IMG/VR virus record: IMGVR_UViG_3300030095_001031
Coordinates: 1 to 37,099 of that record
Source: a virus
Lineage: Duplodnaviria > Caudoviricetes
Reading direction: 5' to 3' (one strand)
Length of the DNA: 37,099 nt
The notes under the pieces were generated by a model that made no database searches, was not told the DNA's origin, and saw only the letters and a program-made list of their open reading frames with translations. This document shows, one piece after another, positions 27,901-36,431 of the stretch. Position 1 is the first letter of the stretch. Each line of letters opens with the position of its first letter. The position numbers were made by a program, and so were the translations under genes.

Positions 27901-28268
27901 GTAAACCATCTTGGTGGTTTGAAGATAAAGATTATCCTGAATTAATGATGAGGTTAGTTGATTATTCAGGTATAACTGGAATATATAGTGATCTTGCTTA
28001 TAAAGGTATTGAAGCTGCTATTGCTTCAGGTTATCATGACCCTGATACTTCATGGTTAAAAGGAAGATATAGTGGCACTGGTTGGGATACTGCATTTGGT
28101 TTTGCAGGTGCAACACCTAGTATGTATAGAGAGTGGGTGTTGGCAGCATATGAGTTAATGAATGATAAAAGTGAGGAAGGGTTAAAAAGATTATCATATA
28201 ATTTTCCATATTTAGGTATACTAGGATTAGATGATGATCTACGAGCATTAGGAAGGGCAACTTATTAA
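24933..28268 (+). CDS. Large internal virion (ejection) protein (gp16-like position)
   Basis: 1111 aa; LVAGVIDPLN; PFQFYNFAFAA; precedes the tail fibre gene. Confidence 0.75.
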   Translation: MSEYTDFVPKGIQSIEPLHYFYPDQEGKVDPDFFSGVSSGFKYQWLPITNFTQEFFTYSDQDYDESFDFKKTIQDNNDFVYAEDLSRAKNLNHYNYIKNSLKSIENNRKMFERAGLTSHLVAGVIDPLNIAFFHPVFNTGIKAAWAAKNAFGVAKESAKVGFVFGVGSELLRAPFDPYNTAQETMLNVAGNTIFAGMLGGGARGVANRYNKLIKKYKNRNNPNKNTQTNNINTNNPDKDVEKANDMSNQFVGSTRLKEQTIDRFNYANKLLPSRRLQFGKYDGKEAPPEVKKIHLDIAYNASVPIEGMPLRSIDSMQNVHNGKGIELEQDIKKIYMNSLQKTEGTGEVMGIDLVSPYVKAKEKLGKNPTTAYINSVSGSQKYPTPKEFFDEIVELNILMSDDTWKAKYYPQLPEFKKEAIRKIEAFNKYFDQLAQDTGVFLNKTTYKEKFPALQKKLDDYNTRIEEEKDSVFKALLKINRNELEKRLRFYEEYNPTRKNYRFPLYYDRVKILSSPKEEKRLVEIFANHFLDQGFLTVWTGNGYKDITINTIQKALKSAQETVDNIKDFGDDPFGYNKPLRIGKAKHILMRTTNIPEYKVKDFIIKDNSVFTKYSEMMAFRIEYARKFGDDSIDYILGQLEEIMVKENYSPKQIAEIKSDFLADYQRVSGQISRDAERWDTTFARISKKFAGMAYLTSAGITSLTETVAMPILEHGLGNVLRTAFRAVDGNFDKIKANAKDTQHSNEAVDTAKRTVHTRILNDLLRPLQIGRVEKAADAMENFFYKLNGLALITMVGKLLDSAIRIPKFYKQIKNYNSLDKFEIIELQRYGIDDKLAKRLLDNGAWQFTDTDMPLLNLTQWSTKSKADRELKTFMQTYLNNAARNTIMHATAFDRPTFADGFVFKKWKPYMKRYGIEPDPFASVGKQADGSYKYPIARIESGVMAFPFQFYNFAFAANQRITRAMFDPNKKYRLSGAIALLSMAYITLAMRKPSWWFEDKDYPELMMRLVDYSGITGIYSDLAYKGIEAAIASGYHDPDTSWLKGRYSGTGWDTAFGFAGATPSMYREWVLAAYELMNDKSEEGLKRLSYNFPYLGILGLDDDLRALGRATY

Positions 28269-31200
28269 TGGCAATAATACTATCAGATAATACACCACGA
28301 ATAGAATACGATGTAGCACAAGGGGTTACACGAACTGACCCATATCCAATTCCGTTTGCATTTTTTAATAAAGAAACTGATAATTGTGATGTTAAAGTAT
28401 TTGTTGATGGAGTAGAAAGAACATTAGGTAGTTCATCAACAACACAATTTTCTATTTTATCAGGTGGCAATGGTGCAAAAGGTTCTTTATCAACTGTAGT
28501 TACTGGTGCATCAGGTGGAAGTACAGTCATTGTTTTAAGAGATACAAAGATTGGAAGAATAACAGACTTTCCTAGTGGTGGTGCATTTGAGGTAAGCAAA
28601 CTTAATACAGAACTTGATACTTTAGTTGCTATTGAAGGTGACTTTGAGGATCATGTTAGTCGATCTATTAGATTGCAAGATAAAGATACAGCAGTAAGTT
28701 TAGCCTTACCTTTGAAAGCAGATAGGCTTGGTAAGCAACTAGGATTTCATGCTACTACTGGTGCAGTACAGATGTTTACACCTGAGTCATTAGCTATTGC
28801 ATCAGATAGTGGCAGTAGTAGTGTTGACCTTACATCTCATACATTTACTTTTACTGGTGGCGAGGGTATAGATACTTCAATATCCAATCAGACTTTAACA
28901 ATTACTGGTGAGTTGGCATCTACATCTAACAAAGGTGTGGCAAGTTTTAACTCTACAAACTTTACAGTATCAAGTGGTGCTGTTACTGCAAAAGATATTA
29001 CGTTTGCTTCTGATAGTGGCTCAGCCACAAACACATTAGGTGAAACATTTACTTTGAGTGGTGGTACTGGCTTAACTACAAGTGCTACTGGTAGTACAGT
29101 GACTATGAATGTTGATGCAGTACAAACTGGTATTACAAGTTTACTTGCTACTGACATCAAGATTGGTGAAGATGATCAAACAAAGATTGACTTTGAAACT
29201 GCAGATCAAATTAATTTCTATGCTAACAATGTAAATGTTGTACAACTTTCTAATGCCAATAGTGGTGATGCAGTCTTTACTGTACCTACATCTGATAAGG
29301 ATTTTGTAATTAAAGGTAATGATGGTGGTTCACCTATTACTGCACTTTCTATTGATATGTCTGATGCAGGATCAGCGATATTTAATAATGATGTCAGTGT
29401 TAATGGTGATTTAACTGTTACTGGAACTACGACTACAGTTAATTCTACTACTGTAAATATAGCCGATCACAATATTGTTTTAGATAGTGATAATTCAACA
29501 AGTGCTGTTATAAATGGTGCAGGTATAACTATTGAAGGTGGTAGTGGAGATGATGCTACGTTTACTTATAATACAATAGGACCTAAGTTTGAATTAAAAT
29601 TAGGTTCAAGTTATGAAGATTTACAAGTAGATAATCTTATTGCAGCACAACTTACTGGCACAATACAAACTGCTACACAACCCAACATTACATCTTTAGG
29701 TACGCTTACTGGATTAACAACTTCAGGTACAATAACTTTATCAGGCACAACAAGTCCTTTTATAAAAACAACTGGCTTTCATGCAACAGCAGATAGAACA
29801 ATTTTACAGGTAAATACTCAATCAACGCAAATCGGTGAATTTGGATTTGATATAAAATATATGGGTTCAAGAAGTGGTAACAATAATTCTTACTCATTGT
29901 TTATGCACAATCAAACTGGAACTGACGTAGAAGCTATGACAGTTTTTCAAGATGGTAAAGTAGGTATAAATCAAACAACTCCAACAGCATCACTTCATGT
30001 TGGCGATACTGCTTTATTTGATGGTGACGTAACATTTACTGGTGCAAATTATAATGTTGTGTGGGATAAATCTGCTGACGCATTAGAGTTTCTTGATAAT
30101 GCAAAAGCAGTGTTTGGTACTGGCGATGATGGTTATATAAGGCACACTGGTAGTAATTTACAAATAATTGAACAAACGGGTGGAATACAAATAAGTAACT
30201 ATGCCAATGATTCAGATGTGGATATAAGAACTGATGATGGTTCTGGAAGTGTAGCTTTATATTTCAAAGCAGATGGTTCTACAGGTGATGCCCTATTATA
30301 TCATTATGGTTCAGAAAAGTTAAAGACACAATCAGGTGGTGTAACAGTTACTGGTGACTTAACAGCTAGTGAAAATCTTTTAACGACAGATGGTTCAGTT
30401 TTTACTGTAAGAAACGACCAAAGATCAACAGGTAGTTCTAGTACGGCAGGTGAACTTAACGTCTCAAATTCAACCATAGATTCAAAAGCTATGTTTTGTC
30501 ACAGTTTAGTATCAGTAAATCCCAATGATGCAAGATATGCTAAAATAGCAGAGTTACCTGCGTCAGATACACAGAAACAAGACCACATTACAATTACAGG
30601 TAGAGTGGGGGGTTGGTTAGACAGTAACTCATTAGAATTTGAATTAACTTTTCATAATAGAAATGCTTTTGCTTTTGACCTTCACTACAAAGATAATTCA
30701 GCTATATCTACTATAGGGGGTATTAAATCTTATTTACAATCTGATGGCACAATAGATATTTATTTTTTTGCTGCTGCTAGTAGTTACTCTATATTAACGT
30801 ATACAATACCTCATTCTCATCAAGCTACTATTGTTGAAGACCCCGTGTTTACTGCATCTACTCCAAGTGGTACTGAAAACTTTGATTCAACAGACCCTGA
30901 CACATATACACCTGCATTAAAATTTCCAGACAAACAACAATTAAGTTTTGGCACGGGTGATGATTTAATAATACATCATAATGGCTCTCATAGTTTTATA
31001 AAAGAGCAAGGAACAGGCAACTTAAAAATACAAGCAACAAGTCTTAGTATAGAATCAGGAGCAGGAGAAGAATTTATAACTGCTACTGCTGATGGTGCAG
31101 TAGAGCTTTATCATGATAACAGTAAAAAATTAGAAACCACATCTGATGGTGCAACAGTTACTGGTGACTTAACAGCAACATCTTCAGATGGTGCAATACT

Positions 31201-32854
31201 TAGTCTGCAAACTTCTGACACAACAGTTGCCGATGGAGACACGATTGGTTTAATAGAATTTAAAGCACCTAGCGAGGGTTCTGGCACAGATGCTATTTTA
31301 ACTGCTGCATCAATAGTTGCAGAAGCCGATGCCACCTTTGCAGCAGACAATAACCAAACAGACATGGTATTTAACTTAGGTTCTAGCGAAGCTGCTACAG
31401 AAAAAATGAGATTAAGCCACGAAGGCATTTTAACAGTAGATGACGGAGTAGTAGGAAAGCATTTTGGTGGAATTAGTGAATCTAGCGTATCAAAGTTTAG
31501 ATATTGGAATAGTAGTACTCAATATGTAAGTGGTTTTAAAGGTAGTTATACCTTTGGTGGGTTAGGTGATAGTGGGGGTGATGGCTATGCATTTAACTGG
31601 ACTAACAGTAATAATGATCATCGTGGATTTATATGGGATGATAATGGACATTCTGATTCTCAAGGTGCTATGGCTCTTACAACAAATGGAAAGTTAACAG
31701 TTGCTCATAGTATTAGAGTTGGTCATGGTGAATCAGATACCACAACTCCCGGAGCAACTCATGTTCTTGATGTTGGTGGAAGTGGTATTATTAATGGCGA
31801 TTTAACACTTTCATCTACAGATGCAGGTTCAGGTGATAACCCCACATTAACTTTAAAAAGAGATAGCTCAAGTCCCGCAGCCTTTGATAATCAAGGAACT
31901 ATTAAATTTCTTGGTGAAAATAGTGCTAGTGAAGAAATAGGATATGGTCAAATACAAGTTCAAGCTAGTACTGTTACTGATGGCTCTGAAGAATCAAGAA
32001 TGACTTTTAGTGTTTTTAATGATGGTGCTCATAAAGAAATGCTGATGCTTGATGCTCATCAAGGTGGTGGAGTAGTATACCTAACTGCTGGAATTGATTT
32101 AATGTTTGAAGGAACTAATTCAAACGGCAATGAAACAACAGTTACAGTGACAGACCCAACAGCAGATAGAACAATCACACTACCTGATGCAACTGGAACA
32201 GTATTAACAACAGGTAACTCAGCTACACCAACAACCACAACATCAAGTAGTGATGCAGACTTTATTTTAGTAGATGATGGTGGCACAATGAAAAAGATTA
32301 CCCCTGCTAATTTAGGTGTTGGTGGAGGTCTATTAGTGTCTTTAGCAAATGACACTTCAGGTGCAACTACTTCTGCTTTAGAAATAGATTTGTCAACTAG
32401 CACAGATTATGCTTATCAAATGTTAGTTTTGAGAGGTTTTGATAGTTCTACATCTGCAAATTTGCAGATGCAATTAAGAAAAGATAGTGACGATTCTTAC
32501 ATTACAGATAGTTATTTAAGTGTTATTGGAAGTCATCTTCAGACAAGCAGTAGTACTTCTTCTGGTCAAAGTGGATTGTGGAATGGTTCTCATTTTTTAA
32601 TGGTAAATAATAGTGTAACCACGGATGGAGCTCATCAACTTAATGATATGAAAATATATTTTTTTAATACGGCTACTGACAAAAAGGCTGTAGTAGGAGC
32701 AGATAGATTTGGGCAAAACTCAAGTGGCGTTATAAAAGAACAGATGGCAGGAAAAAGTGGTTATGCCGATGTTAATGATAGATTTAAATTGTTTATGTCA
32801 AGTGGTAATTTAGTGTATGATGAATATACTTTATATGGATTTAAGAAAGCATAG
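28268..32854 (+). CDS. Tail fibre protein (T7 gp17-like N-terminal anchor, mosaic distal part)
   Basis: PIPFAFF...VKVFVDG...LRDT...TDF...LNTELD anchor followed by repeated Gly/Thr fibre modules; the part after 32178 is an alternative tip. Confidence 0.9.
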   Translation: MAIILSDNTPRIEYDVAQGVTRTDPYPIPFAFFNKETDNCDVKVFVDGVERTLGSSSTTQFSILSGGNGAKGSLSTVVTGASGGSTVIVLRDTKIGRITDFPSGGAFEVSKLNTELDTLVAIEGDFEDHVSRSIRLQDKDTAVSLALPLKADRLGKQLGFHATTGAVQMFTPESLAIASDSGSSSVDLTSHTFTFTGGEGIDTSISNQTLTITGELASTSNKGVASFNSTNFTVSSGAVTAKDITFASDSGSATNTLGETFTLSGGTGLTTSATGSTVTMNVDAVQTGITSLLATDIKIGEDDQTKIDFETADQINFYANNVNVVQLSNANSGDAVFTVPTSDKDFVIKGNDGGSPITALSIDMSDAGSAIFNNDVSVNGDLTVTGTTTTVNSTTVNIADHNIVLDSDNSTSAVINGAGITIEGGSGDDATFTYNTIGPKFELKLGSSYEDLQVDNLIAAQLTGTIQTATQPNITSLGTLTGLTTSGTITLSGTTSPFIKTTGFHATADRTILQVNTQSTQIGEFGFDIKYMGSRSGNNNSYSLFMHNQTGTDVEAMTVFQDGKVGINQTTPTASLHVGDTALFDGDVTFTGANYNVVWDKSADALEFLDNAKAVFGTGDDGYIRHTGSNLQIIEQTGGIQISNYANDSDVDIRTDDGSGSVALYFKADGSTGDALLYHYGSEKLKTQSGGVTVTGDLTASENLLTTDGSVFTVRNDQRSTGSSSTAGELNVSNSTIDSKAMFCHSLVSVNPNDARYAKIAELPASDTQKQDHITITGRVGGWLDSNSLEFELTFHNRNAFAFDLHYKDNSAISTIGGIKSYLQSDGTIDIYFFAAASSYSILTYTIPHSHQATIVEDPVFTASTPSGTENFDSTDPDTYTPALKFPDKQQLSFGTGDDLIIHHNGSHSFIKEQGTGNLKIQATSLSIESGAGEEFITATADGAVELYHDNSKKLETTSDGATVTGDLTATSSDGAILSLQTSDTTVADGDTIGLIEFKAPSEGSGTDAILTAASIVAEADATFAADNNQTDMVFNLGSSEAATEKMRLSHEGILTVDDGVVGKHFGGISESSVSKFRYWNSSTQYVSGFKGSYTFGGLGDSGGDGYAFNWTNSNNDHRGFIWDDNGHSDSQGAMALTTNGKLTVAHSIRVGHGESDTTTPGATHVLDVGGSGIINGDLTLSSTDAGSGDNPTLTLKRDSSSPAAFDNQGTIKFLGENSASEEIGYGQIQVQASTVTDGSEESRMTFSVFNDGAHKEMLMLDAHQGGGVVYLTAGIDLMFEGTNSNGNETTVTVTDPTADRTITLPDATGTVLTTGNSATPTTTTSSSDADFILVDDGGTMKKITPANLGVGGGLLVSLANDTSGATTSALEIDLSTSTDYAYQMLVLRGFDSSTSANLQMQLRKDSDDSYITDSYLSVIGSHLQTSSSTSSGQSGLWNGSHFLMVNNSVTTDGAHQLNDMKIYFFNTATDKKAVVGADRFGQNSSGVIKEQMAGKSGYADVNDRFKLFMSSGNLVYDEYTLYGFKKA
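30343..31176 (+). repeat. 24-nt exact direct repeat, 810 nt apart, inside the fibre gene
   Basis: AACAGTTACTGGTGACTTAACAGC at 30343-30366 and 31153-31176. Confidence 0.9.
32102..32178 (+). repeat. 77-nt exact direct repeat, copy 2
   Basis: Identical to 1-77 and in the same reading frame. Confidence 0.97.
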
Positions 32855-32856
32855 TT

Positions 32857-33186
32857 ATGCCTAGATATAGAATAGTAAATGGTGAAAAAATTCAGTTTAC
32901 AGCAGAAGAAGAGACATTAAGAGATGCTGAAGAAAAGGCTTGGGCAGATGGAGAGTTAGATCGTAATTTAAGTCAATTAAGAGATATAAGAGATGTTTTA
33001 TTAAAAGAAACTGATTATCTTGGATTATCTGATTTAACTATGAGTTCTTCTTTTAAAACTTATAGACAATCGTTAAGAGATATAACAAAAGATTTAGATA
33101 CTGTAGATAAGGTGCAAGAAAAGATGAAAAAAGATGAAAACGAAAAGTACATAAATTTTCCAACAAAACCGACAAATACTGAGTAA
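32857..33186 (+). CDS. Tail fibre assembly chaperone
   Basis: LRDIRDVLLKETDYLGLSD...YRQSLRDIT...FPTKP. Confidence 0.85.
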   Translation: MPRYRIVNGEKIQFTAEEETLRDAEEKAWADGELDRNLSQLRDIRDVLLKETDYLGLSDLTMSSSFKTYRQSLRDITKDLDTVDKVQEKMKKDENEKYINFPTKPTNTE

Positions 33187-34310
33187 TGTTAGGCTTTAAC
33201 GCATTTGCAGCACAGCCTTTTTCAGCTGTTAGCTCTGTATTATTTGGTACTACAACTCAAAGTTTTAATTTTACCGAGACTTCAGACGCTATTAAGTTAG
33301 CCTCTGGCGTTGCTGAAATGTCGGGTATTGCTTCTAAACAATCTGTTGGAGTTGGCATACTAGTCGGTATTTCAGAAATAAGTGGCAACTTTACAAAAAC
33401 TACGGATGCTATAAAAATAGGTGTAAGTTCGGCTGAAATGAGTTCTATTAATACTCAAACTTCTGTAGCAGAAAGAATTAGATTAAGTTCATCTGATCAA
33501 AGTGCAATCTTTACAAAAACTACGGATGCTATAAAAATAGCTTCGGGTGAATCAGATATTAGTTTTACGAATACTCAAACAAGCACGGGTAACGCAACCT
33601 TTACGGGTGATGCTGATATTAGTTTTACGAATACTCAAACCACGGACGGTATAAAAATAGCCGTTACTTCTTCTGATATTAGTGCTGATTTTACGAAAAC
33701 CACGGACGGTATTAAGATAGGGGTGAGTTCAGCTGAAATGAGTGGTATTTCATCTAAAACTGCTGTAGGTGTTGGAATACTAGCGGGAGTAAGTAGTTTA
33801 AGTAGCGATTTTACAAAGACTACGGATGCTATAAAGATAGCGGTAGGCACAAGTGAACAAAGTGCAGAATTTACAAAAACAAGCATTGGAACAAGAATAG
33901 CGACAACCTCTGCTGAAGTATCAGGTAATTTTACAGAAACATCTGCCGCACAAAGAATAAGATTAGGTGTAAGTGATCAAAGTGGAGAGTTTACACAGAC
34001 ATCAAATAGTATTAAGATAGGGGTGGGTATATCGAGCCAAGAGGTTAGTTTTCTTAAAACAACTTTAGGTGAGTTATTATACGAAGATGTTATTGATAAA
34101 GATGATACTGTTGTTAGTAGAAGGAGATCTTTAAATTTAAATGTTGCAACTTATTCAGAGGTGTCACCAAGTGCAAACGAAAGTTACAGTACAATTACTC
34201 CAGATAGTGCTGAAAGTTTTAGTGAGATATCACCGAGTGGTTCTGAAAGTTATTCAGAGGTTACACCAGAATCAACAACAACAGAAACATATGAAGAAAT
34301 AGACGCATGA
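33186..34310 (+). CDS. Repetitive virion structural protein (20-aa and 11-aa repeats)
   Basis: MLGFNAFAAQPFS start; FTKTTDAIKI repeats; DNA repeats 33389-33420/33509-33540 and 33555-33580/33615-33640. Confidence 0.75.
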   Translation: MLGFNAFAAQPFSAVSSVLFGTTTQSFNFTETSDAIKLASGVAEMSGIASKQSVGVGILVGISEISGNFTKTTDAIKIGVSSAEMSSINTQTSVAERIRLSSSDQSAIFTKTTDAIKIASGESDISFTNTQTSTGNATFTGDADISFTNTQTTDGIKIAVTSSDISADFTKTTDGIKIGVSSAEMSGISSKTAVGVGILAGVSSLSSDFTKTTDAIKIAVGTSEQSAEFTKTSIGTRIATTSAEVSGNFTETSAAQRIRLGVSDQSGEFTQTSNSIKIGVGISSQEVSFLKTTLGELLYEDVIDKDDTVVSRRRSLNLNVATYSEVSPSANESYSTITPDSAESFSEISPSGSESYSEVTPESTTTETYEEIDA

Positions 34311-34318
34311 GGTAAAAA

Positions 34319-35197
34319 ATGGCAAGTTCATATACAGACAATAGTGGAATAGAACTCATAGGGGTTGGCGAACAGTCAGGAACCTGGGGTACAACAACCA
34401 ATAATAATTTAGAAACTATAGATAAAGCTTTAAATGGTGTAACCGATGTAGCCGTATCAGGTGATATGAACATTACTGTGACGGACGGTGATAAAACGTC
34501 AAACGGACACACTAGAGTTTTGAAGTTAACGGGTAGTTTAGGAGGTTCTGCTGCAGCTCTAACGATTGCACCCGACACAAGAGAAGCTTTTTATATCGTT
34601 CATAACACATCGGGCGGTGCTTTAACTTTTAAACAAAGAGCAAGTAGCGGTGGAGAGGTGACGATTGCAAACAACGCAAAAGGATTTATTTATGCAGACG
34701 GCAAAGGTTCAGGTGCTGCGAATGTAATTGATTTACTAGACGGAGCAGCAGGTAACTTGGATATGTTAGCGGGTACGACTTCGGCTACAGCAACAACAAT
34801 AGCAGACGCAGACAGACTTATTGTAAATGATAATGGAACCATGGTTCAAGCAGCCGTTACTGATATAAAAACTTATGTAAATGCTAATTTAGTTGAAGTT
34901 CCTACTGCATTAAATATATCGGGTACAACAACACTTACTCCAAGTGGTGCTCAGTCTGTTTATCAAAGGGTAACAGTTGCAAGTGGCTCACAAACACTAA
35001 GAGTTGCTGTGACAAATTTACTCGCAGGACAATATGTAATTATAGATAAAACAACAAGTGCAAACAGTTTAACATTAGATTGGGATAATAATAGTGCAGT
35101 GTCCTCCGAAGGACTTACATTAGGAGCGAGTGTTGAATTTGCAATAGGTGTATTTAATGGATCTGCTTTTTCATTTACGGAAACAGTAAAATTTTAG
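34319..35197 (+). CDS. Tail/fibre-anchor-type structural protein of a second phage type
   Basis: MASSYT...GEQSGTWGTTTNNNLETID N-terminus recurrent in marine phage tail proteins; GAGG RBS. Confidence 0.7.
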   Translation: MASSYTDNSGIELIGVGEQSGTWGTTTNNNLETIDKALNGVTDVAVSGDMNITVTDGDKTSNGHTRVLKLTGSLGGSAAALTIAPDTREAFYIVHNTSGGALTFKQRASSGGEVTIANNAKGFIYADGKGSGAANVIDLLDGAAGNLDMLAGTTSATATTIADADRLIVNDNGTMVQAAVTDIKTYVNANLVEVPTALNISGTTTLTPSGAQSVYQRVTVASGSQTLRVAVTNLLAGQYVIIDKTTSANSLTLDWDNNSAVSSEGLTLGASVEFAIGVFNGSAFSFTETVKF

Positions 35198-35204
35198 GTG
35201 ATAA

Positions 35205-36431
35205 ATGTCTATACCTTTGGTATCAAATGTCGGTTTCACAGAAGTAACTCAATCTTTAGTTGATAGTAACTCTGGTGTTTTAAATGATATAGCAGGAAGT
35301 AAAATTAACCTTCCTATACAGTATTTTAAATTGAGTGAAAATATAAGTGGTAATTTAACTTTAAATAATGTTGCTAACAATAAAAAAATTATATTAGATA
35401 CAAACGCTAAAACTTTACTCAACTCTGCTGGGTCACCTTTAACAAATAACTCAAGCACTGCGATGGAATTAAAAGGTTCTGGTAATGTTCAGTCTACTTT
35501 AAAAACATCAACTAAAGCTATAGCTGGTACAGATAACACAGGTACAGCTGTTTTTGATAATACAAACAGTTCAAGTTTAGTGGTAAGTACAGATCATACT
35601 TTTGATACAAGTAGTCAAACAGTCAGTTTTACTTGGGTAAACGTCCCATCTAGCACAGGTGACAGTGATGCTAGAAACGGAGGTCGATATGCACAGGTTC
35701 CAAGTGAAACTACTTTAGTGATGGATGATGGAACATTGTTAACAGCTGGAACGGGTTTAGCTATTGATACTTGGTTAGGAAGTGGTAATGGAATATCACA
35801 AACTCATGTTGATGAAATATTTGGTAATAATGGACAAGATTTAACGGCTAATGGTAATACAACAAGTAGTATTTCAACCACTTACAGTGTTACGGCTGGG
35901 GGTAACATTGTAATAGGTAGTTCAACTACAGGTAGTTGGTCAGGTGGTACAATTTATGATAGTGTGATTCCAGGAAGTTCTGCTGGTAACAAAGAAAGAT
36001 TGTCTTGGAGCACTAAAGGTGGTTTGGTTGGATTTACAGACAATTCTCCAGGGGGAGGTGCTGTAGGGGGTAACAGAACATGGACTATTGCAGCAGGAAG
36101 TGCAGGCGGATTAACAGTACGAGGTACGGGAAGAAAATTTACTTTTACTAATCTTATGACACAAGCAAGTACAGGTGATAATGCAGCAACTTATACTTTA
36201 AGTGGTGCTGATCCTTTTGATGGTACAACTGTGGGTCATTCGGGTGGTGGAAGTAATACGTCCGTTTCAAATCGAAACTCTACAGATGGTTCTTTTAGTA
36301 TAACATTAACCGTATCAGGAACAGACGCTAATAGTAAACCTTATGTGTTAGCCGATCTAAATAGTGGAACAGGCAGTATAGATACCTCGACACAAAGTTA
36401 TAGTGGAACTCTTTCAACAAAGGCATTTTAA
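35205..36431 (+). CDS. Gly/Ser/Thr-rich tail-associated protein
   Basis: 408-aa ORF with beta-rich composition, flanked by tail genes. Confidence 0.65.
   Translation: MSIPLVSNVGFTEVTQSLVDSNSGVLNDIAGSKINLPIQYFKLSENISGNLTLNNVANNKKIILDTNAKTLLNSAGSPLTNNSSTAMELKGSGNVQSTLKTSTKAIAGTDNTGTAVFDNTNSSSLVVSTDHTFDTSSQTVSFTWVNVPSSTGDSDARNGGRYAQVPSETTLVMDDGTLLTAGTGLAIDTWLGSGNGISQTHVDEIFGNNGQDLTANGNTTSSISTTYSVTAGGNIVIGSSTTGSWSGGTIYDSVIPGSSAGNKERLSWSTKGGLVGFTDNSPGGGAVGGNRTWTIAAGSAGGLTVRGTGRKFTFTNLMTQASTGDNAATYTLSGADPFDGTTVGHSGGGSNTSVSNRNSTDGSFSITLTVSGTDANSKPYVLADLNSGTGSIDTSTQSYSGTLSTKAF

Noticed and set aside
33389-33840. Regularly spaced ~30-nt repeats as a CRISPR array
   Set aside because: They lie in an open frame, are degenerate at codon third positions and reflect protein repeats; no cas genes.
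351-35458. Opposite-strand ORFs in the track (e.g. 351-725, 1587-1931, 3601-3822, 9203-9448, 20930-21382, 28117-28599, 31111-31428, 34261-34578)
   Set aside because: Antisense shadows of well-supported genes, without RBS or recognisable motifs.
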